DNA of 64,000 bases from Phoronis australis (lineage: Eukaryota > Animalia > Phoronida), in contig NMRA01000653.1 of assembly GCA_002633005.1 (NCBI GenBank), forward strand, positions 62,001 through 126,000, read 5' to 3'. The notes beneath the pieces are model-generated. The model did no database searches, was not told the DNA's origin, and saw nothing but the letters and a program-made list of their open reading frames with translations. A program made the position numbers and the translations under genes. Positions within the stretch are counted from its first letter, which is position 1. Each line of letters begins with the position of its first letter. Shown here piece by piece: positions 27,431 through 51,758 of this stretch.

Positions 27431-28925
27431 GGGTGTTCATATTTGTGGGCTGTAGATATAATAAGCCGTTGGACGGCACGAGATAAGGCGTGGAATTCAT
27501 TGGGACCGATTTACTGGCTCAAATGAAACCAGGGTTCAACGGTTTGCGACTGAGTCAACGTAGCCGTCCTTTGAGTAATTGCCGTCCAGTACATGTATAT
27601 ATGAGATGTGGAGATCTCACTTAAGTATTAAAGCGGTGCAGCCCCGATGGTAATTTTGTAAACATGTCTAAAAGAAGATTATGTTTATGATGTGATATGA
27701 TATGATCCTATGTTGTGACGAATTTCAATTTTATTGCAGACTCGCAATGCAACATGAAAAAATTAAGCATATAAAACTAATGTTAAAAAATAAGTATAGC
27801 TCAGGTGATAATGAAAATAGGGATTTTTAATTAAAAAGTGTCTAAATCAAACAATAATCATAAACAGTGTAATTGTGTATTACGTATGGACAGTTAAAGT
27901 AACCCATTGATGAAGTTCCAAAGTGTACGAATTAAAGAAGAAAACTAACCACAGACAATGTTACTTGAAAGAGCTATGGAGACGGCACAGAAATCGATAA
28001 ATATGTGTTGTTGGGTCGACATACAACACCGAACATCAAAAAAGCCTACAAACAATAGGCTATAGTTATCTTTTACGTAAAATGTTGTATTACGTCAAAC
28101 AAAAGAAGTTTTTTCCAGATCCCGTTTCATTTACCATTGCCTAAAGTGACAAAGTACTCATTTGTGTACTATTTTCAATGTGCGACAGCCACAGTTGAAT
28201 TCAACAGTGCAATTTTACAGAATGATATAACATAGATCAAAGAAAACACGAGACTCCCACGTATGTCAACTTCTATGGGCTTTGACCAGGCTGTGGCTTA
28301 TGTGATGCCGGGGCACGTTTTAGAATAATTTTCTGTAATTATATATTTTCAAAGCCTCCCCCACTACCGTTTTCATGGCCGGGTAGCGCGACTGTCAATG
28401 AACTATGTACGTGTAACTAAGTGTTTTAACCTGAACGATTTACATTGACATTTTAAAAAACTGTGAACAAGGAAGATTATTTTAGTGACTAAACGAGATC
28501 AACATAGTTCTAGATAATTTACACGCAATACTTTCAACCTAATGTTTCGTAAATTTGTATGCCCAAGTCTTGTGAACACTAGATTTCTTCAGTGAAGAAA
28601 ATTTTATTTGAACCCGGCAGTGATGAAGTTCACTAAACTCATGCACGCAGGATCATAAGTTCACTGTCGGCCTTTCATGAGGGACTGCTGTAAGAACGTG
28701 CAATTTCATGTTCATTTCCATGATACTCATTAACAGCTATCTTATTTGTAGCCAATCAAAGGATAAAATTGCTTTCACTGAAAAACCTGAAGAAGCAGGG
28801 CACATAACTAAGGAAAGACGTTGCGATCTGCGGTTTGTAGGACCTGTCATCTTTCGGGAACTCGCGATGCATTTTATTCACAGTTTTCAGATTGGAGGTA
28901 GGAAAATTGGTCAACATCCTGTGAA

Positions 28926-39869
<10,944 letters not shown>

Positions 39870-40575
39870 ATAAAATAAGGACAATTTTTTTACATGTTCA
39901 AGCAGGCCTTTTACCTGTTTTAATAATTATTTATTTTTGTTATTTCAATATTCCTTCAAGCTACTTTGTACGTCACAGTTCTTAAAGCCAAAATGTCTGA
40001 AGGTGCAGAGTTCCCTGCTATCTTTTGTGTTCATGTCTTCCATCAAATATTTTTCACAGGGACATTTTCTTTTAACTCACTATCTATTGTAAAAGGGAAA
40101 TTACACTTTTGAATCTAGATCATGAAGGGGTGGCCATTTTTGGTAGCGTCCTTTGGAGGGTCTGCCCCCCCCCCCCCCAGGCTACTTCATGACAAACTTG
40201 ACAGGGTTCACCAACCCTTACAAAATTCCAATGCTTGTGGTGATACCAGTGAATTCATTTTCATGAGAGGCATTAGTTCACCAGATTTCATCAAGAGCAT
40301 TGCTGTCATTTCTTAATTGCATTGTGGGACAGTTTGCTGCTCGTAGATAATTTGCGGACGAGTAGCCGGACTTGTAATTTGCATTTCAGGTGGTGTGATT
40401 TAAGGGAATGTTGTACCACAGAAGACAACTTTATCCCGACCTGGAGTTGTTTTAGATACTAATCAGTTTATCACGTGATTTTCGTGTCTCCTTGATGAGT
40501 AGAGGTGAAATTGCCCTTGGTGATCTTTTTGTCTTGAAGTCGTTGTGTTTTTGAATCTGAATTACTAAAGTCCAG

Positions 40576-40725
40576 GGCCCAGTTGCATAAAACCTATACG
40601 CCGTATAGCAACAATGACGTCGCATTATCACACGTCATGGTGTTATTGTTGAACAATGCACTTGATGTCGGGCAACAATCAAACTTATCCAGCCGATAAC
40701 TTTTGAGGCTTTATGCAGCTCCGCC
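40576..40725. mobile_element. 150-bp MITE with 3-bp TSD (PIF/Harbinger-like)
   Basis: GGCCCAGTTGCATAAA ... TTTATGCAGCTCCGCC (13/16 inverted match), flanked by CAG on both sides. Confidence 0.6.
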
Positions 40726-40812
40726 CAGATGTACTTTTGACTTCAGTGAAATTTTTTGACTTAACACTCCCTCTTCTCAATTGCTGAGTTTTTTCCATGT
40801 AACTGTTAGCAT

Positions 40813-41123
40813 CATAGGCGGATTTAGGGACCCCCCCCCCCTTGGCTGCCGTAAGCAAAAATGGAACAGGAAAACAGCAAGAGCGTGAAGCGCGAGGAAA
40901 TATTGAGTAAGCAACGAGGACGCGGAGAAGGGGATGCCCCAGATCGCGGGGTTCCCTTTTTTTGTTTTTTTTATAGTCCTCCTGTAGATTTTCTGAACAG
41001 ATGGTCCACATACCCGGCTCCTGCAACTTCGGGCCTGTGCTGCACATACAATCGCACTTTGCCCAATTCCCAGAGACAACATGTGGGCCCCCCCCCCCTT
41101 ATGCTATCCTAGATCGGCCACTG
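40813..41123. mobile_element. 311-bp MITE
   Basis: Imperfect TIR CATAGGCGGATTTAGG ... CCTAGATCGGCCACTG; 5-bp TSD AGCAT. Confidence 0.7.
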
Positions 41124-43599
41124 AGCATATCAGTCCTTAGAAATTACTTAATATGAAAATCATTGAGCATCTGGCAATGATGCGTATATTGTAGAGTGCT
41201 ATAGATGGGGTGATACAAAATTCTTTTCGGAAATAGTTTTAAGATGAGATTTCCAACTTAAGTCTTATTAAGTGACTTTTCATGAATCGGAAGCCATGAT
41301 CGAGTTCAGTGACGCTAATGTCTCGCTAGAAAAGCAAGACCTCGAGAGATATCGCTGTGTATTTTCAATAAGAGCACTGATTTTGACTATTTTTTCTGCC
41401 GGTGAGACAGTTATTGAACCCCACCCAGACTTTGACTGTTGCTAACCACACACTGTATTTCTAGGTTTTCTAGTCGAAGAAGTGAACTGTTTACTTCATC
41501 TATTTTGCCACAAATTTAAAAGGTGGGTAAACATTCGGCATTTGACATTACTTTTTGGAGAAAAGTGGCATTATTTTTCTCAGATTTCTAAGCGTTTTTT
41601 TGTGCGTATCTGATGTGAATATCAGATCTTGGGCAGTAAATTCTTCGTGTTCTCATTGTTATAAAATTTTATGGAACTTACTGGTATTTTGTAATCAAAG
41701 TTTGATTTCTCTTGTTACTTCTCTGTTATCTCCTGTGCCTCCGGGCACTGTTATGCACATTGTTATTGTAATAAATTACTAAAACTGATATCATGGTTTT
41801 GAATGATTTTTAAAGTGACATTCTTGACTAGAAAGCTGATTTTCTCAAATTAGCCTTCAGAATCGAACTTGAATTGACCAAGGTGCTGGCCCGGCTGAAC
41901 TTCACTCGATAAAATGGCAGAGTAATGAACCGTGAATAAATGATACAGTCAGAAGCCTTGATTACAGCGAATGTTTGGCAGACAACTACTAGACTTCTCA
42001 ATTTGTAGTAAAAATCACAAATTAAAACAACGGGTGTTAATTGTAAAGTTTGAATTATTCTGAAATGCTATCTTATTAACCACAGCAAACGGTTTAATGC
42101 TCACACTCGACTTGCATCTAGTTGTCTGGAAAAACAGATGTCCTTAAAGTATTACTGTACCTAGGAGTGTAATACATGTATACTCCTTGGTTGTACTTCA
42201 CAAACCTGCCACCAAATCATACGAAGCAAAAAACGTAACTTTGCAATTCACAGAAACTTAACGTTAAAAAATAAAAATTCGAATTCTTTCCTTTCTTACG
42301 CCATACCCCTTTAGAGCCAATTTTCCCAGTCAGATTTATATAAGACATAAGTTGATACATGAAAATTAACAATGGTATCTAATTGTTGGTATATTGATTA
42401 TTTTCCTATGACGATTTTTTTTTACAATTTATCAAAATGTTCCCTGATTGTACGTCCAACACAAATGGAATTGTCGGAAGAATGAGATAAACCACATCGG
42501 TGAGGGCTTTGTGAATGGGAGACTTCCAGAATATATCAAAACGTTTTTGTAATAATTCTGATAATGATTCACTTAAGCTGCCAGTTCCTAATATAATTTG
42601 GAAGTCGTACATTTTCAGTGAACCCAAACAGGCTTTTTCAAAGTAACTGTCCGAAAGTGCGTTTTCGACATTGATCTGGCACGGATGACAATGCTTATCT
42701 ACATTTAGAGTGAGCGCGCACACACTGCGCAGACGTGGGACTGAGCAGCACATGGGCCTAGTCTGTCGTAGTATACAGTTTTGATTGAAGGTATTGGGAC
42801 GCTTTATCAGGCAATAAAAACATGAAGTTCTCGTGAAAAGAAATACTCTTAAGAGCGGAACTGTTGTGCCGGCACGAGAAAGGAAATGCTCGAAATTATT
42901 TTTTCATGGCAAAAGAACGATGTTAAAGAGAACGCCCGTGTTGCAGTACGCGTTGGACGGTAGTCCTACCTTAAATAAGGTAATAGGTACTGCCAAAAAG
43001 TGATGACATGCTAGTGGCGAGGAAAGGTGCTTTGTAGCACATGTAATTAATAGGTCAATCAGCACACATTGCTTTCAGAGGAAGTGTTCACTTTAAGTTT
43101 AGTGGCCGCCGTTTTGCTGGGGTACGCTAGTAAGTTTCCGATCATAGTCGTGAAACACTCGCCTCTCACTCAGTGCGTGATTTTGCTTGGTGTAACGTGA
43201 GCTTGTTTTTTGCGTGTTTCTCGCGTCTGCGGAACGCATCCCAACTCACGACCCGTTCCCCATGAAAGCAAAGATTTTATATTTCTTTGATGAAAGTGAC
43301 CAGTTCAGAAGGTTGCAATTATGTTGTTCCTAAAATATCTCGGAATGTCACACGCTTACCATTATATCTGGCAACATACAATCAATTTTAAAGTGCGTTT
43401 AAGAACTCAAGGTGAGCCACGTCTGTTTTCAGTTAGGTCTCGATACCACGAAAATGGCACCAATTCAAAGGACTTAAAAATCTTAAATTCTATTACAGTA
43501 TGAAATTATTATCATCAGGGTGCGAGAAAAACAAAGCACGTTTAACTTACAAAACAATCAAATGTAATGAAAAATACAGTTGGATATGTACATGTATTT

Positions 43600-44450
43600 T
43601 TAAGTCGGAGACCCGAATGACTCATGACAGACAAATTGTACTCTGGAAAGGGTCCGACAGAAACTAAAAAGGGCCCGAAAAAACGAGCTACCTCATGCAT
43701 TCGAGATACCACAAAAAACCATCCCATGGGATTCAGTAGGCCTACATGTCACTGATCACTTTTAAGTATTAAAATACCATATGGCAGACAAAATACACTT
43801 TGGGTAGTGCCTTCCAGAAAAGCCCAAAAGTTACAACCTGCACCACAGTATGTCTTTGAAAATTTGAGCTAGAATAGATTTTCGAGGTACAAGCTAACAA
43901 TGATTTTATTAGACAAACAATAGTACCGCACTGAACACCGAATGACCCATGACAGACAAATTGCACTCTGGAAAGGGTCCGCCAGAAACCCAAAAAGGAC
44001 CCCCCCACACACAAAAAATCAGCTAGCTCGTACATTCAAGGTACCACAAAAAACAATTTCATGTGATTCAACACATGTCATAGGTCACTAAATGCCCCAT
44101 GACAAACAAAGTACACTCTTGGTTGTGCCCGCCAGAAATCCCCAAAAATCTCAACTAGGTATGCCATCAAAAGTTTGAGTTACATTAGATATTCGAGGTA
44201 CCGGCTAAAACTGACTTTAAATCAACAATCGTGGCGCAATGAACACCCGATGACCCATGGCAGACAAATTGTCCTATGGAAAGAGTCCGCCAGAAACTCA
44301 AAAACGACTCCCAAAAAGGAGCTAGCTCATATATTCGAGGTATCACAATGAACTCCATGCGATTCAAATATAAGTTACTGATTACTTAATGGCCCATGAC
44401 AGATAAAACCCACTCTGGGTTGTGCGTGCCAGCCCCAGAAATATCAACTG
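43600..44450. repeat. Three diverged tandem copies of a ~310-325-bp unit
   Basis: 'gaatgacccatgacagacaaattg.actctggaaagggtccg.cagaaac' occurs at ~43615, ~43940 and ~44248. Confidence 0.85.
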
Positions 44451-46250
44451 CGCAATTCTGTTGAAAATGTGTGATATATTAGATAATGAAGATCCCGGAT
44501 GAATCCTAGTTAGAATCACGATGAAGGTATTGTGATTACGTTCTTCGTCTGCATTTCATTGCGAATTCTTGTACATGTATTTCCGTAATTCTTTCGCGTC
44601 TACTGAACTCTCTTCTTGCTTAACATTAATAATAGAGACACACTGAGTGCCAAATGGATGATGGCGGAAAGTAATCATTTTGGAAAATTGATAACATTAA
44701 AACTTTGGGATACCAGGAACTGTCAAAAAACCGATCCATTAATTGATGATTAAGACCACAGCTATCGAAACAGTCGCGGTTTTTCCATTTTAGTAGAGCG
44801 GAAAAATATGGCTATGTCACGTGGGAAACTACAATAGTATATGATAGTATGTCAATTTGGCCATCCGTCAAAAAGCGAGACGTTTAGATGAATGCAAGAA
44901 AAATTTAAAAAACTGGGACAGTTCGCAAAGTGTGGGGCAATTGACAAATACACTGCCGGTTCGCTGTCAGCAACACGAATTACTGGATTGGGTTCTTTTA
45001 CAAAGTTAATTTTCCATATTTTAAAATTTTATTTCACGGGTGTTGTTAAGTACTACAGATAACAATAGTTATAGGTAAATACTACAGAATAACAAAGCTA
45101 TCCAAACACACCTATTTTAGGACCCAAACTTTTCATTTAGGAGAAATGTCACTTCTTTCCGTAAAGCACCGTAACACGATTTTAACACCCACAAATGTCT
45201 TGTTGAAAAACTCCTGGTATGGACGGGACATTTTAATAACAATTTTTTAACCTTCCTCTTACAAAAATAGCAGAAAGACTAATATGGACCATTTCTTAGG
45301 GAGAAAAAACTTGTTATCTCACATGGCGGCAACTGTATTCGCCTTTCTTGACCAGGGCTTCTGACACGGATGTTATTGTTGGTTGTTTGAAAGCGTAGTG
45401 GTGACTATTTCTAGTTTATTTTTATTAAATAAGATTTTGAAAAACACGTCTGTTACTTTTCTTTAAAAGCATTGTTTATTAGCCTGCGTAATAAAAGGAC
45501 TTTTGGAAATCATTTTCATGGTTCCTCGATCTAACGCAGATTTAGGGGCCATGTGTGGTCGTATTTTTCCTGTTGACAGTTTCGATAGCTTATTATGCTG
45601 CACTTGCTGCGGTCTTAATCATCACTTAAAGGGTACTAGGTTTTTGCCAGTTCCTTGTGTCCCATAGTTTTAGTGTTATCAGGTATTTTCTAAACTGCTT
45701 ACATTCCGCCATCATCCATTTGGCACTCAGAAGATTTCGCCGTGAAATACAATCGAAGCACGTTATCACACCTTCTTTATCGAAATTCTTGATTCTACAA
45801 AACTCTACCAAGATTTAAAATGGATCTTCATTACCTAATATCACACATTTTCAACAGAATTACGTGGTTGAGGTTTCTGGGGGTGGTGCTCACAAAATAA
45901 TTTTTTTCCTGTCATAAGCCATTTAGTAACCATTTTAATGGTTAAAACTTCTATTTGAATCACATGGAATAGTTTATTGTGGTACCTCAAATATATGAGC
46001 AAGCTCCTTTTCGGGCGTCGTTTTTGAGTTTCTGGGGAACCCTTTCCACAGGACAATTTGTATGTCATGGGCCAACCTGTGTTCATTGCGGCACGATTGT
46101 TAGTTTTAGTAAGTTTTAGCCGATAACTCGAATATCTAATGTAGCTCAAACATTCAACGGCATACCGTGTTTGAAATTTTTGGGGATTTCTGGCGGGCAT
46201 AACCCAAAGTGTATTTTTTGTAATAGCGCAATTAGTGACAAATGACATGT
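44073..46250. repeat. Long imperfect inverted repeat (arms ~44073-44775 and ~45575-46250, ~800-bp spacer)
   Basis: For example ctgagtgccaaatggatgatggcgga (44643) vs tccgccatcatccatttggcactcag (~45705), and ttctgttgaaaatgtgtgat (44456) vs atcacacattttcaacagaa (45840). Confidence 0.85.
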
Positions 46251-47399
46251 GCAGTGTCGATTTGGCAACTGAACACGGGAGTGTTCGAAAAACAGGATTG
46301 CAGGAGTATTTGTTTAACCTGGGAACAAATGGAAACATGAACGGCCTCCTCAGAGGCATCTCTCTACGCGGTACTTCTAAACTTATAGAAACATGACTTA
46401 TGGTTTAACCAGTGTGATGCATAATTTGCCGAAAAGCATCCGCCATATGGAGGACCTATGGTATGATCACCGTCTCTACTGGGTCGGCAGTATTGTCTAA
46501 GGCCTAGGCAGCCAAGGAGCTGAACAAGAGTAAAAAAGCAAGTGGTGATAATATTGAAACACACTTGGAAAACACCAAGATGTACCTTTCAAAAACACTT
46601 ACCTGTTTTTTCAAAGCAAAAAAGTTTTTACTTCTTTCTCTTTCTTGAAATGTGGTCCATAATATACCTTTTCTGCTAACAAATGATGCACTCATGTTCC
46701 AGAATGTTCTTATCTTGTTCAGGTTAATTGGCTGTTTCAGATTTTGGAAGTCTAAAGGATTTTCTCGGGAAATATTGGGTAACAACTGTATTACTTTCAG
46801 CTTTAGTACTACGACTGGTGTCTTGAAACGTTCCTATGCCTTTCTATGTAATTTAAATTTTTGGTTTACAGCAGTATACTGCCTGTGTATAGGCTATACC
46901 AGGACATGCAGCTGTCCTGCACAAACGTTTGTGATACCTCGTCTTTTTGATCTACTGATCTACAGAGTTCCACAGTCCATCAGCTTTCATAAGGATGCTT
47001 CTCTAAGCTTTTTCATGTTGTGGCATCCCAATTTTGTGCAGTTTGATAAACCTTGAATTATACAGGCATCACACTCCATGGGAGCTGCCATATTGGAGTA
47101 ACTAAGCACAACAATACAATCTGGATCTCTGATTGGTCAATTCAATAGAAAATCGCCACCAAGTGGCAGGAATGTGCATAATATTTTGTGCAACAAAAGC
47201 ACCTTTTTTAAAAAATGGGCAAGTGTAGACGTGGGAGCTTTATTGGAATTTGATTTATAGGTATATTATCAAGCCACGTATAAAAAACTAGGTTGCCCCC
47301 CCCCCCCAAAGTTCTCACAAGGATGACAGCCATGAGATCTAGCCCACCGACTATATATCGTACAAGTCTTCCATATTTTAAATATGTTTAATACTATTA

Positions 47400-47656
47400 A
47401 AATAGTATTAAACCTGGGTCTGACCAAGTCTAAATTTATACCTGGTTTAAGATCTTAACACAGGTTTAAGTAATATATACCTCGTTGGTGAAATGAAAAC
47501 TGACTTAGACCAGGTCTAAACTGGAGTTAAAACAGGTTTACTAGACCACTGCTCTTAAGGTTAAACCACCTTTATGAAATGCAGATTATCTTTTAACCTG
47601 GTCTAAGTTCAAGTTAAACCAGGTTTAACTTTAAACCACCTTTATGAAATCGGCTG
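47400..47656. repeat. MITE-like cluster of AAACCTGG/CCAGGTTT motifs
   Basis: Recurrent short inverted motifs and a duplicated end 'ttaaaccacctttatgaaat'. Confidence 0.55.
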
Positions 47657-47699
47657 TAAGTGTTCCTATGGTCAGATGTTGGTACCTTGTTCATCCATG

Positions 47700-47830
47700 C
47701 TAAGTGCTCTGGGCTGCCGGTTTAACTGGCTCATATCTGCGACTATGTCTGCATTTTGCATTGCCGTCAATACCCACATGAGCCCTGACCCAGTGTATAT
47801 TAACAAATGACAACTTTATTTGTAAATGTT
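47700..47830 (-). mobile_element. RNase H fragment of a non-LTR retrotransposon
   Basis: VNIHWVRAHVGIDGN(A)..AD matches the retroelement RNase H motif W.P/xAH.GI.GNE.AD; frameshifted. Confidence 0.7.
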
Positions 47831-48341
47831 TGAACGTGTTTGTGTATGTGGGTAAGAGTACGTGCGTGTATTCGTGCATATATAGATGACTAATTTCCTG
47901 TCTAATAACGCAAAAGGTGTTGTTGTAGAAGCAGCTCGAGTCATAGCATTGTAAGTATCTAAAATTTCGATCTTGTAATATCTCGAATGTCATGCAGTTG
48001 TGTGCGTGTTTTTCTTATCTACACAGTGAGTTGCCGTGCTGATTAAAATGGAGTCTTGAGTATAGGACTGTTATTACGCAATGTAACAATTAATTATCGA
48101 CTTCTGCTAAAAATTATGGAATCAAAAAAATTTCTACATGACCCGTCACAGAATTGGTGGAAATTTTGCCAGTTAACAACCACCATATTACACACATTGA
48201 CCCCTCCGTCTATTTTATATCCACTGAAATTTTTACGTAAAACATGCAAAAAATTTAGCTTAAAAACTTATTAGCTGTTCCGGTAACAAGACTAATCTGT
48301 TTAAATTAGGGACTGTTATTCAATACTGTGTTGGCGTGTAA

Positions 48342-48402
48342 ATATATATATATATATATATACATACATACATACATACATACATACATACACATACATA
48401 CA

Positions 48403-48453
<51 letters not shown>
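48342..48453. repeat. Compound microsatellite (TA)n(CATA)n(TA)n
   Basis: Directly visible. Confidence 0.98.
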
Positions 48454-48454
<1 letters not shown>

Positions 48455-48599
48455 TCATTGAAGACATGGCTTTGATCTGTTTTTGCTAGTTAACCTTTAT
48501 TTTTTTCCAACTCTTTAAATAGAGTAAGTAGGGATCTTGTTACTACATTACAATAGTGCAATAAAAATCCAAAAGACATCAGTAGGTAACATAATTTAA

Positions 48600-49105
48600 A
48601 AAGCGATATTTCGAGACACATATCTCATGTTCCGGCTACTATTTACAACTAGTTCACAGTGAAACACACATCAGAAATGACAAATGCAATATAACACGTG
48701 AAGTTGGCATGCGCAACTATGACGATAAAAACTTATATAAATTTACATACGTTGCTGTGCAGCATAATCTACAGATCACCTAAGTAATGACAGAGTCCTT
48801 CGAGTTCCAGTTAGCTGCTCATTCAAAATGGGGTTTTCAAGCATTATTAGAAGCGACTCTAATGTTCGTAACCTGTGTACATCATTTTCAATGTATCTAA
48901 TGACTGTATTGTCGACAATCTCCTGACGAGTTATCTAGCGACCATGAACGTTTTGAAAATGTTTTTTTATGGAGCCGTTTTGTAAATGCATTGAAAGTCG
49001 TCGTGACAAGGAACACACTGTGTGCCCAATGTAATTTGATTCCAGATGAGGACGAAAACATTCGACCACGGGACAAGTATACTCATAAACAACATTACAT
49101 CTAGC
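48600..49105 (-). mobile_element. Penelope-like element 3' portion (GIY-YIG endonuclease and 3' region)
   Basis: NVVYEYTCP..EC...NYIGHT..SLSRRLSMH...H...H, then after a stop LRTLESLLI..ENPILNEQ; typical PLE endonuclease motifs. Confidence 0.8.
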
Positions 49106-50597
49106 TAGTTTTTCATCTAACAGTATAGCCAGATGTCTGTGCGATTGTTTTCTAGGAATGATTTCATCATTAAGTTTAAGGTCATAAGACGGGTCAACAA
49201 GGAAGAGAGCATTAATAGATTTGGAGAAGGTGAGGTCAACGCTTTTTTCTGGTTTAAAATTCATTCTCCATTCTTGTGACCAATAGCTGAGTTTATTTAA
49301 GTCGTGTTGAAGCTGCAAAGAGCATTCAGGGCTGCTCCCTGAGAAGGGGGAAAAAGCGCCGTGTCATCTGCATAAAGGTATGTGCTACATGACAGGTTAT
49401 CAGGAAGGTCATTAATATAAACCAAGAAGAGAAGAGGGCCCAATACGCTACCATGCGGTACACCTGCGTTTACAAATCCAGGAGGGGATAAAGTTGAAAG
49501 TACGCCGTCGACACGAACACTGTATGTTCTTTCGGAGAGATATGAGGTGATCATGTTTAAAAGATTACCAGTAATGCCATAGGATCGAAGTTTGTGAAGT
49601 AGGAGGTCGTGAGGGACACAGTCGAAAGCAGAAGCTATATCTAGAAAAATGGACCTGACACTCTCGCCCTTCTCAAAATGTAAATGAATCTCATGTATTA
49701 TTTCAACAAGTTGTACCACGGTGTTGTTCCCACGCAAAAAAAAAACAAATTGACGATGATAGATAAAGTTGTTTTGTTTGAGAAATGTAAGAATACTTTG
49801 AGCAATGATCTTCTCGAAGATTTTGGACAGGGTGTTGAGTAAAGTTATTGGGCGATAATTTGAAATTTCAGTTTTGGAGCATTTTTTGTGTATAGGGACC
49901 ATAATTCCATGTTTCCAAGAAGACGGATATATACCTAGCTGAAGAAGTTTGTTAAACAGATTGGTCAGGGGCATAGTAATTTCGTTGGCAATCATTTTGA
50001 TCATCTTGCTGGTTATTAAAGCTGTCCCATCATTCTTATTGGAGTCAACTTCGTTGAGATACTTCCGGACATCAGTTTGATTAGCCGGGATGTCAGACAG
50101 TTGATTGAGACAACGTTCATGAAGAAAGGGAAAGTTACCTACTTCAGTTGGTGTAATGTGGCTTTTGTTCGTGAAAAATTTGAGAAACAAATCACACTTG
50201 TCACTACTACTTGAGGCTAGGTTACCATTATAATTGATGACAGGATAGGAGGATTGTTGTTGACTGGCGCGTATTTTATTGATGATGTTCCAGTATTCTT
50301 TGGAGTTCTTGCTTGAGCTGTTAATTTGTTGACAAAGCTTGTGTCGGTGATCAGCTTTGGCTTGATTTACTAAAGTTTCAACCAGACGTGACTGCTCCTT
50401 ATATCTGTTGTAGATTATAGTGTTGTTAGATCTTCTGAAAGAGCTGTAAAGTCTGTTTCTTGTGAGGATTGCCCGTTTAACATTATTGTTGAACCAAGGT
50501 TGGCTGTTGTGTTTAATTATCCTTTCAGTTGATGGGATGTTATTTTTTTAAAATCTCATAGAGAGTACTAGTGAAGAGTGAAACAGTCATCAATGTC
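49106..50597 (-). mobile_element. Truncated CR1/L2/Jockey-group LINE reverse transcriptase (pseudogenised)
   Basis: QPWFN, WK...VPIHKK, NYRPITLLNTLSKIFEK, FLDIASAFD.V.H, GVPHGSVLGPLLF..YINDLP, YADDT, LQ.DL..L..W...W.M.F...K, HL.I.LD.KL; several frameshifts. Confidence 0.92.
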
Positions 50598-51758
50598 GCG
50601 GCCGACCGGATTGACTCCGCCGTTATCGATCCGGCCTGTGGCTCGGAAACTGATCAGACATCACGAACATACATGTAAACCAGCCAAAGTTCAGTGGAAA
50701 CTAAACTTCCAGTCAAGAAAATGCTATACTAGTGCGCCAAAGTAATGCGCACGTGATTATGTTGGTGAATTAGCCACGAAACTGCAAATCTACTTACTCG
50801 TCGGGGGCCGCGAATTCAGGTTCCGCTTTGGCCACAGCATCGTCAGGGCAGAAGTTGTATATTGACAATCATTATTTGAGTAATGTAAATGTAAATAAAG
50901 ATTCCCCTAACTCCTGGCCTTTGGATGGAGTTGTTTCACAACAGTTTCTGCCAGCAAACACTAAATTAGCATGAGCTCACACGGCCTCGGTGTCCCGTCA
51001 ATTACTTTTATTGCGCCTAAAGCCGGTAACGCAGTGATTTATTCATTGCTGGCTTCTCAAATCATTTGCGCTCACGAACACTCCAAAGGCATTACAAATT
51101 GCATCTAATGAGACAGACTTTGTTTCAGTTTTATATAAGTATTGGTTAGGGTAAGAATAATTCATTTTGAAATAGAACGCTCAGTAATAAAAGCCAACAT
51201 GGCAACTCGCAATCCCGACTTAGGACGAGCTAGAGCTCATAAGTCCCGACTTCGAAGGTGGATCATTAAGTTTTAAAGGCTATCAATTCGAACAGGAATG
51301 CAGTGATGAAGAAATATTAGAGAGACGTCGTGTGAACAAGCTCAGACAACGGAACGTACATGTATGGAGTTATTTGGTAAGCTGGCACTGTCGACGTCTG
51401 CAGGCCACAGACACGGAGATGTTTCACGGCCTCATACTTGCTATTTACAGCGTACATTTCATTCTTCACTACCATGAGCCACTTCCTAAGCATTTTGGAC
51501 TATCGAGGAAGTAAAAATAAAACGAAATACACGCTTTCCTCGCAGCTGCTTATTTCGGACAAGCGGGATCAATGCACCGCAACATAGCGGCATTAACTCT
51601 ACATATGAACCACTGACGTCGCTAGCGTCGTTTCTCACCTTCCTCACAGGTTAATGCGACACCTCTTGGCAAGGTAAGGTCGACCGTATGCGAGGCGATG
51701 TGGATATAGACCGATTAAGACGGCAAAAATGACTAATTAAATCGGGTGGCATTCTCCT
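50598..51758. mobile_element. Decayed Kolobok-like transposon segment (one terminus kept)
   Basis: Ends GGGTGGCATTCTCCT|TTAA; THAP-like remnant on the minus strand (~50970-50880) and a GYQFEQ-containing exon on the plus strand (~51200-51376), head to head. Confidence 0.45.

Noticed and set aside
45841-46359. 172-aa minus-strand ORF
   Set aside because: It lies in a repeat arm whose other copies do not preserve the frame; no recognisable domain.
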